From positions 891,820-955,819 of the forward strand of contig NMRA01000091.1 of NCBI GenBank assembly GCA_002633005.1: DNA of 64,000 nucleotides. The letters run 5' to 3'. Made by a program: the position numbers and the translations under genes. Position 1 is the stretch's first letter, and each line of letters opens with the position of its first letter. The notes under the pieces were generated by a model. The model was given only the letters and a program-made list of their open reading frames with translations. It made no database searches and was not told the origin of the DNA. Shown here one piece after another: positions 13,001 to 24,050 of the stretch. Origin of the DNA: Phoronis australis (taxonomy: Eukaryota > Animalia > Phoronida).

Positions 13001-14203
13001 TTCAAAAACGAGGATGATTTGACCGCAGCCATGTTTGACGAGGATGATGACATCTTATGGGACACAGGTAAGGTAGTGGCTTTAAATATAAAAACAATTG
13101 TGACTGAATCAGTTGCATGTACAGTCTAAATGTTCTAATTGTAACAAACTCACATTTAATAAGTCTTATTTACCTCTACCAAATGCTGACCTCTGGTGGT
13201 AATTTTACAAGCTATGGTAAAAATTCGCAAGTTAGGGGTAGTGAAAAGTTGATTATTCTGCTCAAGGTTGGAGCTTGTACCTAGTTTAAGAAATAGGTTG
13301 CATTGTCTCTCCTAAATTTCAGGAATTACTAGAAATGCAATGGTGAAATTACCCATGCCCAAACCACCTAAGGGTGTACATGCAGGCCCCCTTACACGAA
13401 TGTTGGTTTGTACGGCTTTGGTTCCCATTGAAAAAAATGCCCACTTCTCTCAGTCAGTGGTTTCGTTTTAAAAAGAGTATATGAGTGGTAAACACGTAGC
13501 CATTCACTTCAATGTTACACAGTATAGAGATGAATGAAAACGTGATGGAACATTCAAATCACCCTTGTCCCAATCTTCAGAACCAAGAAAGTTCAATTCC
13601 CAGTTGAATTGTGTTGTCCTGAAATTTAGAGACTCATATTGTAGAATTTTTACCATACAGTTTACATGCTGAAGAAATCTGAACTTTTCCTATCCACAGT
13701 CAACATGTCTCACTTCTGTGTTGTGTTATAACCTAAAGCTTTATCCATTAAGCTGTAACTATTATATTTTAAGACCTTCAGACTGCAGTCCCCTCAGACT
13801 ATAGGCCCTTGTCACTGACAAGGAGTCCTTCAGTCCCTTCAGATTCCAGTCTCTTCAGTGTATGGGCACCTCATACCAGGGGCCCTCAGACTGTGGGCCC
13901 TTGAGACTGCAAGTCTTTCAGACTAGGAGAAAATTGACTGTCTTGATTGCAATCAGTCTCAATACTAAATGACCACTTTGGTTATCTTTTGCAGACCACA
14001 GTGAAACATCGTCTGAGAATTTTGCTGCAAACTTGGCCCAAGTGGACGACTTGACCACACGTAGTGTTCCAAGCAATGTAACAGAAACCAAAACAGTAGA
14101 GGAACTCTCAGAGAATCTGCAATTCTGTGAAGAGGACTTTCTGAATAATGACTTAGGTGACGAGCAATTCTTCTTGCCACCTCTCAAGAAATCAAAAACT
14201 TGA
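254..14203 (+). CDS. SMARCAL1: SMARCAL1 (HARP) SNF2-family annealing helicase, spliced CDS of ~885 aa. Exons: 254-1082, 1820-1870, 4002-4194, 5648-5798, 6102-6263, 6913-7199, 7430-7568, 8425-8495, 9215-9314, 10192-10374, 11307-11407, 12544-12631, 12974-13067, 13995-14203
   Basis: N-terminal RPA-binding helix [23 protein letters not shown], one HARP domain, and SNF2 motifs [67 protein letters not shown]. All 13 introns are GT-AG with compatible phases. Summed exons = 2658 nt, ending in TGA. Confidence 0.95.
737..862 (+). repeat. In-frame 42-nt tandem repeat x3 ([14 protein letters not shown])
   Basis: Near-identical units at 737-778, 779-820 and 821-862. Confidence 0.95.
1391..1717. mobile_element. 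MITE (pogo/Tc1-mariner-like) in SMARCAL1 intron 1
   Basis: Perfect 20-bp inverted repeat attttctgtagataagccca (1397-1416) / tgggcttatctacagaaaat (1691-1710), with internal repeated subterminal motifs. Confidence 0.7.
1820..1870 (+). CDS. SMARCAL1: SMARCAL1 exon 2 (51 nt, HARP: [17 protein letters not shown])
   Basis: ttttag|AT...A|gtaagt; matches the HARP YDPxTKxWxF motif. Confidence 0.92.
2411..2781. mobile_element. TTAA-flanked MITE (Kolobok/piggyBac-type non-autonomous)
   Basis: Left end ttaaaaggacaccaaacccggttt; right end reverse-complements to ttaaaaggatactaaaccctgttt; TTAA at both ends. Confidence 0.7.
3585..3848. repeat. Minisatellite, ~6 units of 40-47 nt
   Basis: Repeated core tgtttgtagctatggtatacgactttaaaacaataaa. 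Confidence 0.9.
4002..4194 (+). CDS. SMARCAL1: SMARCAL1 exon 3 (end of HARP, linker, LRPFQRTGI)
   Basis: ttccag acceptor, AA|gtaaat donor; encodes LEPLPKWVL and LVSSLRPFQ. Confidence 0.92.
4295..4808. mobile_element. Degenerate non-autonomous DNA transposon (possibly PIF/Harbinger-like)
   Basis: Left ggctctttcatg versus right-end reverse complement agccctttcata; several internal inverted motifs (catcgaagt/acttcgatg). Confidence 0.4.
5648..5798 (+). CDS. SMARCAL1: SMARCAL1 exon 4 (Walker [10 protein letters not shown])
   Basis: cttcag acceptor, GAG|gtatgt donor. Confidence 0.95.
6102..6263 (+). CDS. SMARCAL1: SMARCAL1 exon 5 (QLRTWLP...NILSYD...KVIIF)
   Basis: ttctcag acceptor, TTT|gtaagt donor; open frame leads into DESH. 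Confidence 0.93.
6913..7199 (+). CDS. SMARCAL1: SMARCAL1 exon 6 ([13 protein letters not shown])
   Basis: tttcag acceptor, AG|gtatga donor. Confidence 0.95.
7430..7568 (+). CDS. SMARCAL1: SMARCAL1 exon 7 ([13 protein letters not shown])
   Basis: ttacag acceptor, AAG|gtaaga donor. Confidence 0.93.
7740..7945. mobile_element. Imperfect foldback element / old MITE in intron 7
   Basis: Left arm aaacattaaa..tgatcctggta..ccttgcattgtctaacaataat pairs with right arm attattgttggagaatgcaagg..tacctggatca..tttgatgttt. Confidence 0.6.
8425..8495 (+). CDS. SMARCAL1: SMARCAL1 exon 8
   Basis: ttttcag acceptor, AG|gttagc donor; encodes TASSKAKAV. Confidence 0.88.
9215..9314 (+). CDS. SMARCAL1: SMARCAL1 exon 9 ([19 protein letters not shown])
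   Basis: gtccag acceptor, AAG|gtatgg donor; helicase motif IV. Confidence 0.93.
10192..10374 (+). CDS. SMARCAL1: SMARCAL1 exon 10 (RVDGTT...AELYWTPG)
   Basis: tcacag acceptor, GGG|gtaggc donor. Confidence 0.95.
11307..11407 (+). CDS. SMARCAL1: SMARCAL1 exon 11 ([11 protein letters not shown])
   Basis: tgtcag acceptor, TG|gtgagt donor; motif VI. Confidence 0.95.
12544..12631 (+). CDS. SMARCAL1: SMARCAL1 exon 12
   Basis: ttgtag acceptor, AAG|gtatgt donor; [16 protein letters not shown]. Confidence 0.9.
12974..13067 (+). CDS. SMARCAL1: SMARCAL1 exon 13
   Basis: ttttcag acceptor, G|gtaagg donor; acidic tail. Confidence 0.8.
13213..13657. mobile_element. MITE in intron 13
   Basis: Perfect 14-bp inverted repeat tatggtaaaaattc / gaatttttaccata, plus internal inverted pair ctaaatttcagga / tcctgaaatttag. 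Confidence 0.6.
13995..14203 (+). CDS. SMARCAL1: SMARCAL1 terminal coding exon (ends PPLKKSKT*)
   Basis: tttgcag acceptor, phase-compatible open frame to TGA at 14201-14203; C-terminal basic NLS-like motif. Confidence 0.78.
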
Positions 14204-15240
14204 GGAAAACATTAATGTTGAGTAAACCTCAATCATCAGGGTGTAATCCCGATGTTGTTATGTTTGTAGTCTGAGTGTTTATTTTGCCTGACATAATCAT
14301 GCATTGTGTCTCCAAATGTGTTCTCCGATGATATCTTTACTTGGGTTTTCAGTCCTGGTTACCATACGCAAAGCATGTATATCGTACAGAAATTTGACTT
14401 GCAACATGTAAGTAGGCATTGACTGTAAAAGTAAGTTAGTCATAACATCTCCGGTAACTCTTTGTTTCTATTTATAGTGTGTAAAGTCTCGATGATGAGT
14501 TTAGAGTTGGATCTGAAGAAGGCGACTTTGGTTTTGATTAAAAACTCAAAAAATTACTTTTGCTTCGTGAATTAAAATTAAAAATAATTCAACTCGGTGC
14601 AGCGGCAGACTTGGTTATCACTCGTCTTTCAGTTTCATTCACACGCAATTAGTGAATCATGAAACCACTTCTGTGGATATTCACTGTCATCCAACCTACA
14701 TGTAAGAGCGTTAGAAATGACGTCTGTGATTTGTTGTTTGCTCTTTTTATTTGACTTCGGCTATCTGTGGAAAACCCAGACTTATTGTTAAAATGGCAAA
14801 GCATGAGGTTGTGGCTTTTTGTTTGAAGAAAAATAACTTTTGGGAGTGGAAATAACCTGTTTTTATGGATTATTTTGAGAAATAGATATAAGTTTCAGGC
14901 TGAAGGGATCTTTGATGAAAACAGCAAACTTTCTGCTTTTATGTGCAGTAGTGGCTGTTTCAGCTATTTTTGGCATGGTCAACCTCATTGGGTAAAATAC
15001 ATCTCTTTCGAATGCTTTTAAAGATAAGATGCAACCATCGATTGCTGAGTTTTGGAAGATTATGACTTAGGTAGGGCATACCGCTTAGTCTTTGTGTAAC
15101 TGTGGTGATTGAAGCTCAAATATGTTATGATAGGTATGCAGTGTTGGTGATGATCATATTCTTAGTTTTTGTTTTCTAAGTTGTGTCAGTGCTTAGCATA
15201 TGTTGAGTGTTTTATAAATGTTGGCTCTAAATCTGGCATA

Positions 15241-15246
15241 AATAAA
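15241..15246 (+). terminator. Candidate polyadenylation signal for SMARCAL1
   Basis: AATAAA about 1 kb after the stop codon; not verified. Confidence 0.35.
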
Positions 15247-15588
15247 ATAATCATGAAGTTGCCAGAAAGCTAACAAACTACTTAGTGCACTGTCAATGGG
15301 ATTACTTATAAATGTTATGAAGGAACCTAGAAATATTCGGAACATCATATCTCATAAATGGCTGATTGGATTCACACGAAACTTTCAGATATTATACTTT
15401 ATGTACTGTTCTCCAAAATGTGTTTAGGACTTGTTTATTCCACTTTTGCATGAGGGTCTATCATGAAATATAACTTATAATTTCAATGAAAAAAACTTTG
15501 AAGTTGCTCAGTTCAAATAAAAATGAATGATTTGTATACTAGATAGCACTTTTCTAAATGACTGCTATGAGCTAAGAGGTCCAGTCAA

Positions 15589-16103
15589 TGATTATATAAT
15601 TTCTTTACAATAGTATACTTAGAGAACATTCTAGTAGTTTCCGGTATATAAGTGATTTTAATCACTTATATACAAACATACTAAGCACCAGAATGATTCT
15701 ATGTTAAAACATAGAATCATTCTGGTGCTTAGTATGTTTGTAGAGTGATGGGGGTAGATTCCAGGAAGTTCTAGAATGTTCTCGAATTGTTAAAAAGTAC
15801 CAAACTGTAAATACCTGTGCACAAGTTTAATGAGAGTCTGTTGAAATGTTTAATAGTGAGAGTGTGACAGCTGCTTGAAGTGTCTCAGGAGTTCATCACT
15901 AGTCGAGGCTTCCGCAGCGCTGGCAGGAGCACAGAACAAACATTAAATCGGGCATTTTGTTTATTATTGAACCTATGGTCGAGATTAATGAAGTGATTAA
16001 CTCGAATCAGTCTTCAATCTATCATTGCACCAAAAGCTATTAGCACCTGTTAGTGACTACTCGGCTGGTCCTTTCACCCAAGGGGGTAAAACATTCAATA
16101 ACA
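15589..16103 (+). mobile_element. Possible solo LTR (decayed)
   Basis: TG-attata start, ATAACA end, HSE-like GAAnnTTC arrays, TATA-like tgtaaata (15806) and downstream attaaa. No target-site duplication found. Confidence 0.3.
15671..15742. repeat. Perfect 35-bp inverted repeat with 2-nt loop
   Basis: tacaaacatactaagcaccagaatgattctatgtt-aa-aacatagaatcattctggtgcttagtatgtttgta. Confidence 0.97.
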
Positions 16104-19100
16104 ATTGTATCAGAATAAAAAGTCTAATTCATTTTTATTGTTTAGTAGTCAGCTAACCAGGGCGACATACAGCTTTAATCGGATAAATTAAGAACTTAAA
16201 GCTTTGTAGTTGCTTGAGGGCTTTCGTGGAAGATATAGGGTGACCATCTGACTGCTTGGTTAGGGCAAAGAAACTGACACACCTGTGTCATACCGGAAAT
16301 TGTTAGACGTTCCTTCCATAATATTTTATTGTTATGAAATAATAAAGTCTTTTTTTACATTTTTGTTAAATGTTTTAGTCTTTGTTTTTCACTCCTAGTG
16401 TTACCAGAGCTTAAGAAAAGTGCCCACACGTAGTTATTATGTCTCGAGTCAGGGGCTTAAAAGTGCCGTGTTCAAATTACGTTTATTTAAGCGGCTACAA
16501 ACTCATTGCATCACTAAAGATATATCTCGACTCGAACGGGAGGCCGGTTTCAAGTAAAAACTCATAACTTAAATGTTATGATCATCAAGCACAAACTAGG
16601 ATTTTTAGAAAATCACCCAAGAAAATCATTGCATACTTGAGCACAGAATGAAAGAGTATTAACCGTTTAGCTACAGCACAAAACATCAAAAATAAAGTTT
16701 GATGTCCAGTATAACCCAGAATCATTGATATAGTTTTTTGTCTTTTGAGGTTTAAAAATTGAAACTGAAATAAAATGATTTTGTGGGTGAGAATCCGATC
16801 GCAGAAACAATATTGTTCAACTTCATTTGGTCCCTAGAACACCCACTCTCGATGTTTCATGGTCTTTGCTTGATTTTCCTTCTTAGTCCGATATGTCTTT
16901 AAGTGTTTAGTGGCCTTCGGTTGTTCTTTTCAAGATATCTGTTGTTTTATGGCAACGAAGAAACACAAAAACAAGATAAATAGTTGTACATTTTTACAGA
17001 GTGGACACTAATTCGAAGATTTATTAGTATAGTCAGGTTATTGGGAATAGAGCATGATCGAAGGACGGGATACCCAAGAATGCTACACCACGCAATGTTA
17101 TATCGGGACGGTAGATGGGACAAAGGTTATGTAGCCTGGCAAGCTATCAAAATCTGCAATTGTCTTACTTGAGGAAAACCATGACTTTTATATTCTGTTC
17201 TGTTTATGGTCTTCTGATACTTGCAGTGTATTAATGCCTGGGTATGTAGGATAGGACAGATAGAGTTTACGACCATTGAGTTTTGTCACATTTATTTTGT
17301 GGCGGGGTGTTGTCAATATAAATGTACTAGTAACAAAATTGTGTGCCAGTAAATGTCGGATCCAACCGAATTGAGGGATTAAATTAGAGTTGGTTTAAAT
17401 CTGACTTTTACTGAAGTGGGGTGCATGTACCAGTACAGTACAATAACTTTGTACTAGCTAGACATTTAGTAAGAAGTAGGCACTTCAGTGATTTTAGTCC
17501 AAACCTCTGTACGTATCGTTTATGACGTCACGATCACGTGGTTCAGATGCGCTAGTGGAGCCTCTGCGCTGCGTGCGTTCAAAACGTAAAGGAAGCCGCC
17601 AGCCTACGTATTAGTCATCTCCGTACCTGATTCTTTCTAAGCGTAGAAGATATCTGAGGGCAAACTCCAAGCGCAAAGAACCTTTGAAGGGCACAGAACA
17701 CGAAGCAATAACAGTTGCAATGTCACCTGTTCAACATTGACGGTTCTTTAAGGCAACTCGTAGTCCGGCCTCGGATGACCGGGGATACAACACTCCCCAT
17801 TGGCCTCTGTGTTAATTTCACCCCGTCTATTTGAAACGAGCCAGGCCAAATCACTGAATATGAGGTTTTCACCTCGTCAAAAATACATGTTACGACTTTT
17901 GATTACCACTCCTAAAAACGCCTACTTTCTTCCGGCAGCGATCCTTCAGTTCTGGTTCCACTCATATCCTCGATGAAGCATGAATCAGTACGGGAATTAC
18001 GATGACTTTGGTGAAGAATTCCAAATCCACTTTTTGCTCACCGTTAACTTTTTCAAATCGCGCGATAATCCGATGGCACAAAGCGGGGATATTCCTGGAC
18101 TCGCTGGTTCGCTGCGTGCCGCTAGGTGGTAGCCAGCACGCTGGCTAGGCAGCCGGGTAGGGTCAAGCGTCGGATTCCTGGATCGCGTCTTAGCGTCTCT
18201 AGCGCATAAAAAATAAAAAAGCTCAAGTACATTGAAGCAGTGCGCCCCCCCCCAGGCGCATCTTTTAAAACGTAACACTCTTCCAAAAATGCAAGATTCT
18301 TAGCCAACTTACAGCCAGTGTGTTCTTATTCCGCCACAGCTGAACAGCCTGTTTGAATTCTTTGTCAGATTGCTTTTTGTATGGAATGTTTAAATAAAAA
18401 TGCAACTTTTATATGAGCATGACTGTCCTTATATCAATTGGCGTTGGGGTTTCTGTTTCACATGTCACCACTTTAATTACTCTAAGTCTGCTAGCCACAC
18501 CTTTTTGAAAAAGGCAAACTTTTTATCATCAGGTGCGCCCAAAGGGCACATTTTCAAACCTGATCCGGACTATCTGTGGACAAAGTATGACCTCACGGTA
18601 AGTTAGGCAAGGAGAAGCGAAAGGCTGTTAGAAGCGCGTGACTTGGCCCGTGGCACTTGCAAAAACTAACATGGGAAAATAGTGGAATTTGTAAGATTTG
18701 TGTCCCTTGGACTTTTTGTTCGTTAACAGGCGGGATTGGTCTGAAAATTGTACCTGCGGACTGAGGGGACCTCGAGTGAACCGCGACAGATTTTTATGGA
18801 TATCTTCAACTTATGTTGAATATAATGTCTACAGAGTCATGGCATGTGTTAATTATAACTCGATGTGTATATGTGCATGTTACATTCGATGTACGCTGCA
18901 TTTTGAGGTGAGTAACTTTTCACGGGGGTGTGCTATCTCCTGTGTGTGCCGGCCGCATACGCGGCGATGTAATTACCTAAAGTACGTGCTTTTTAGTGTT
19001 GCGTTGATACGCATGACTAAATCTGATGAATACATAGATCTCGAATCGTACGTATGATCTCGAGCTTTATGATAGTCCGAGATGCAACCAATTAATTATC

Positions 19101-22100
19101 GAAAATCTATCAAGTGTCAGCAAAATTGAGAAGCAGTTAAATCTTAAATTGCGTGGGTCTTATGACGATCGTACCAGACACACCGGCGTTATAACCAAAA
19201 CTGGCCCCAAGACCGTGGCCACTGAGAAACAGCACCAAGTCGGTAGCAAGCAGGAATATAAGCCTCCAACGTTTACAGAACTTGCGTGCTCGACTGATCA
19301 CAGCAACATCGCTTTCATTTCATATCATTCCTGTCCTTTAATTTCCAAATTGCACTGTGTTCCCAGTCGTTCTCGATTTTGGTTGCTGAGTGGTTTCGGT
19401 GTTCAGGTACCCGAGTAAGTACACTACGAACCTACATTGTTAATCAGGCGATACATTACATATGTCCCCGATTGTTGGAGACCGTACTTGTCGCTCCCGA
19501 TACGCTCGTTGAACACCCAATCAGCGTTTCTGCTCCTCATAGAAGGAACAAACCATACCCGATCTGTATTCGCCAACCAGTATTCCCAGTGACAGTTATC
19601 GCAATTTTGAACGGGCTGAAATTGGGCTTTATGTTAGCGTTGCCAAAGTAACGCTTTGTTCCTCTTTGGGATCCCAAGAAATGATGTTCATTGTTGCCAC
19701 TATTAATAATTCTTGCAAGGTTCTCTGCACTTTTCCCTACCAGAGCTTAGCTGGCCTACCTGTGAGAGAAATACCGTGCCATGGACTAGACGCACACCCG
19801 CTCCTGAACAACGCAACTTCATCTAGCATAAGCATTTTAGTTCAATGTAAGATCTCGTGTCTGCGGCTCTAATAAGAAGCCAAGATACAATTGGGATTGC
19901 TATAAGCGAATGTCATTGCGCGGTGCTGCCTAGCATCCAAGTGGCAGGTGAACATTTTTCCCAAATAGGTTTTTAATGTTATTCCCGAATTACCTCGCCG
20001 AGGAATTTCGCAATGAACATTGTAGGTCTATTAGGGTTTATATTTGATCCTGTCTAGTACAAATTCGCACGCATTAAAATAGACATGAACTACTGCGACG
20101 GGCTGCAAGTACTCATTGGCACAATTAAATTATCGTTAGGACTGAAGCACTTGAGCCACGAGAACAGGCGCATCAATTGAGGCAGAAAATAAGAACAAAT
20201 TTCAGGGACAATGACCTGTAAGTATTATGGTCACGCTTCACGGCGCTTTTTCATCCTGCTTTCGTTTTACGGCGATTCTGGGTTGCATCAAGCTCCTTGC
20301 CGGAATGATATGGACTACTATATGGGCAGCAACACTGTTTTAAAAGTACATGCAAACTTAGATCTATTACGTGCTACCGATTTATCTTGTAATGCAATCC
20401 AACAAGGTTGCAATATCAAATTGAGTGTACTAATGCCGCCTTTCGTGAGAAGTCCCTTTCTATTTGCAAGTGTTCACTTATTGGCGACCTTTTGTTTGTT
20501 GTAGTCATGGAGCGGGTAGTCATAGCAAGCTTGGATTTTAGAAATCTATAATTTTCACGGGTTTAAATCACAATATGGTTCGATTTTAGAATTATACAAG
20601 ACAGGAGCGAGTGTTAACCCAGTCAATACTACTTATGAAATATAGCGTTTAGTGTGTCCAATGACGCGCTTTATTAAACACAGTTTCATCGTACGTACAG
20701 GCTGAACGCATTATTTTGTTTACACTTTGTTGATGATTACATTATATTATTACTATTATTAATAAACTTGCCTGCGTGGAAAAACGAAACGTAACCTATT
20801 AGTAAATACGAAAGACGCCGTATGTAAAACGGAGCTCTTTTAAATAGTCAATAAAAATCTGCGTTCAAACAAGTCCCTGTGTAGTTCCTAGAATATGTCA
20901 TGTATATTCCAAAATATAAATCATAAATCATTCCACAATATACCTTTTTGTCATTAGCATACTTTTAGTTGTCCGAAAACGAATATTTACTATTTTTCTT
21001 TTAAAATTATTTCCTTTTCTCCCCTCACTCTCAATCTTCCTGAAGCGCAAAAAGACTCATCTTCGTTTTGTTCAAGCCTTTGTATCGCTACGTACAAAGC
21101 GAGTTCCACTTGGCTGGGTCATGACGATAACGTCGTTGACGCATGCGCATTTCACCACAACAAACGAGGGAGATTTAAAACTTTTTTCAGCGCTTTTCTG
21201 GTGACGCGCTGTGATTTCTTTTTGCGTTTCTCGTTTTGTGTGTCCTTCAAGTTAAAAGTGGTTCGGCAAATTAATGTTTTAGAAGTGATTTATTGTATTC
21301 AGAAGGAAACCCAACAAAGGAGTGTATTCATCGGGTGATTTAGAAGCTTTTTAAAAGTGGGCGTGTTTGCTAAGTTTTGTTTTCGCGGCTATACCTCATT
21401 CATTCTGCACAGGTGACGGATTTGGTATTTTTCCCAGAGAAATTTATTCTTTCACTTCATTTTGTGCACATCAAAGGAGTTGAAATTGCTTTTTTGTCAT
21501 ATTTCAGCCCTGTCAGTGCATCGTAAATACACTGTAAAATATAAAGAACGCACAGCAGCCGGCGATCTGGCGGTTTTAATTGAGTTCAGAGTTGGCAGAA
21601 ACCATAGGAGAAGAAACCCATTATTAGACTCTTTATGTTATTATTAAACAGGCATTCAATCATCAACTTAATAGATTGCTCATACAAACATGAATTAGAA
21701 ATTGTGTTGAAAAATACGTGCCAAACATCTGCCTATGTTGAGCCTATCACGCTCTCGAGTGGCGAAACTGTGCGGCCACAATGATGTGGTTGGTGTTTTC
21801 ACCATCTTCTTGTGAAAAACATGCACGATATAAATGCTTGATAGGGTTTCAGGCATGTATATTTACCACTTTGAGTGCAAGGTGTTCAATTGTTTGCCTT
21901 GTAGTAACTCAAGTCGATAAGAAAAATCATCTGGAGCTTAAGAGAGTCAAAGGAACATTGCCGCCAGGCAGGGATCTGGTGACGGCTTTTTGCAGAAAGT
22001 AAACACAGACCTCTTCAAAACTGAATACAGAATGTTCTTAGCGCTTAAACAGTGTAGACACAATGTTTTGTGGAAAGAGTCAACTGTCTCGTAGCTCGAC

Positions 22101-23909
22101 CGCGCTTGCAATATGTGCAAATATACACGGCGATGGGAATGTCGTGGTTGGCCCAACCAAGACCTCCGCCAACCCGGTACAAATGGTAGCATTTGCGTAC
22201 GAGCCATTTTCACTTTTTTCACGATTCTTGTTCAAAATAGACTGTGCGTTGCATGCTGCTCGCGTCTCACTAGGTCCTGTAGCATACACTTTTGGTCATG
22301 ATTAATTACATGGAATATCCACTGACTGTGTCTCCAGATGGCGCAAGAACCTCAAGAGGGCTTAGGGCTGAAGAAGTTGAAACTCTCGCAGTTCTGAAGG
22401 TCTTGATTCGGAACAAAATGACACCGTTTAGATATTGCATACTCCAATGTCATATCTTATCAAACACAATTCTGTGTTTCTTTGGAGTCCATTTGAAAAA
22501 TAAAACCAAAATGTCGGGATTTGAGGATTCGAAAAAACATGTTTTTACTAAAATCCTGAGCAATTCACACTGTCAGTAGAACTCGTGCACTCGCCTGATT
22601 GTGAGTAGGCCTATACGGTGTAAATCTCAGAGTGTATCTCACAGCGAGGAAGCAACGTAACTAAATTAATGTTAAACTGTCAACGTCCATGTACGTGAAT
22701 TAAAAGTATAAACACGCTGAAAGCGTATTTTCAACTCTTTCGCATGAGCAGCAACAGCTAGATAGTGAATTGTATGAATGGGGAACCCCCAGTTCACTTG
22801 GTGTCGCTTATGGAGCAAGGGATCTTCCCATGGAAATGCTAACATTCAGGTACATGTAAATCACATTCTCTTTTCACACGCTGAACTGCTTCCTGTTCTC
22901 AATCTAATCAGATGTCAAAAATAGGGACCTATATTTATTAGCACTGCCTGGTGAATATCCATTCGCCGGTTCAGTTCTAAGCCCCTTGCTTTTGTCACAC
23001 AGTGCCATAGAGGGTTTTTTAACCCTGACTTCTCCTATTCCTTCTCACGCCACCCCAAAAAGAGAACCCAGGGGACGAAGACGTCTCTTTTCACGTATTG
23101 ATTTAATTAACAACAACAATTTGTAGGACCACGCCCACTTTTCATGTGGGCACTTGAACGGTCTGACATTTGATCTACGCAATATTTTGCTACCGGCCGC
23201 TTGCCCCTTTCATCCGCCGAACACCACTCGGTTACACAAACAGCTTGACATTGCTCACCAGATATTTTCTGCTATTGCGCAAGAACTGTAAGTTTTGACT
23301 ACTGGGCCATTTGTTGGAGGGGGCGTGGGGCGATTTTATATCTATAAAATACAATTACCCATTAGTTTTGACAGTTAAATGGAATTCTATTCCTACGAGC
23401 ATATTTCTAACATCGTGGAAAGCAGTTATTCGAATATTAACAGTAACGTCAATCAAATTATTTCCTGTCTATTTTACATTCTCTGCTTCGTTTTACTTCT
23501 CACGGAACAAAACTCTATTCGTTCAAATATCAAAACCCAACAAATTACTTTAAGTAGTGAACGAACTAACGGAAACATTCAGTGGTTTTGATACCGCGCT
23601 TTTACACGACCTTTCATACATCACGTGACCAACTGTTTTGTTACCCACAATGCCACAGATCAAAGGTCAGATTACTCATCACGTGACCTGTCGTCACATC
23701 CAGATCAGAATAAACGGACCGGTTTCCCGCGCGCACATAAAAAGACACTGGAATAGGGTCATCCAAGATTATACAGCAACACAGTAAACATCCGTCAGGC
23801 ATATTTACTGCTGCCTCGTTTTGTGCCACTAGAGTTTCATGTTATTTGTTGTTGTCTGATTCTACAAGTTTTTCTCGGTTGCATTACTCTATTCGTCCTT
23901 TAAATACCA

Positions 23910-24050
23910 ATGAAATATAACTGTTGTGCTGTGGGCTACAACTCTGACGTGAGAAAGTTTGATAAACTGAGCAAATGCCCGTGGATGCGTGATCTGAAAT
24001 TGTTCGTCTTCCTGACATCAAGGAGAGACAAGAAAATGTGGCTGATTTCC
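23910..24050 (+). pseudogene. Decayed THAP zinc-finger N-terminus (DNA transposon remnant)
   Basis: MKYNCCAVG(Y)NSD...FVF(L)...W. The Y (TAC) and L (CTG) are single transitions from the expected C (TGC) and P (CCG). Repeated tcacgtgacc motifs lie upstream. Confidence 0.5.

Noticed and set aside
15622-15783. Endogenous parvovirus/densovirus terminus
   Set aside because: The resemblance is in shape only; no NS1/Rep or capsid-like ORF is seen nearby.
19149-19950. Cluster of short ORFs, possible transposase remnant
   Set aside because: No recognisable motif in the frames I translated; many stops.
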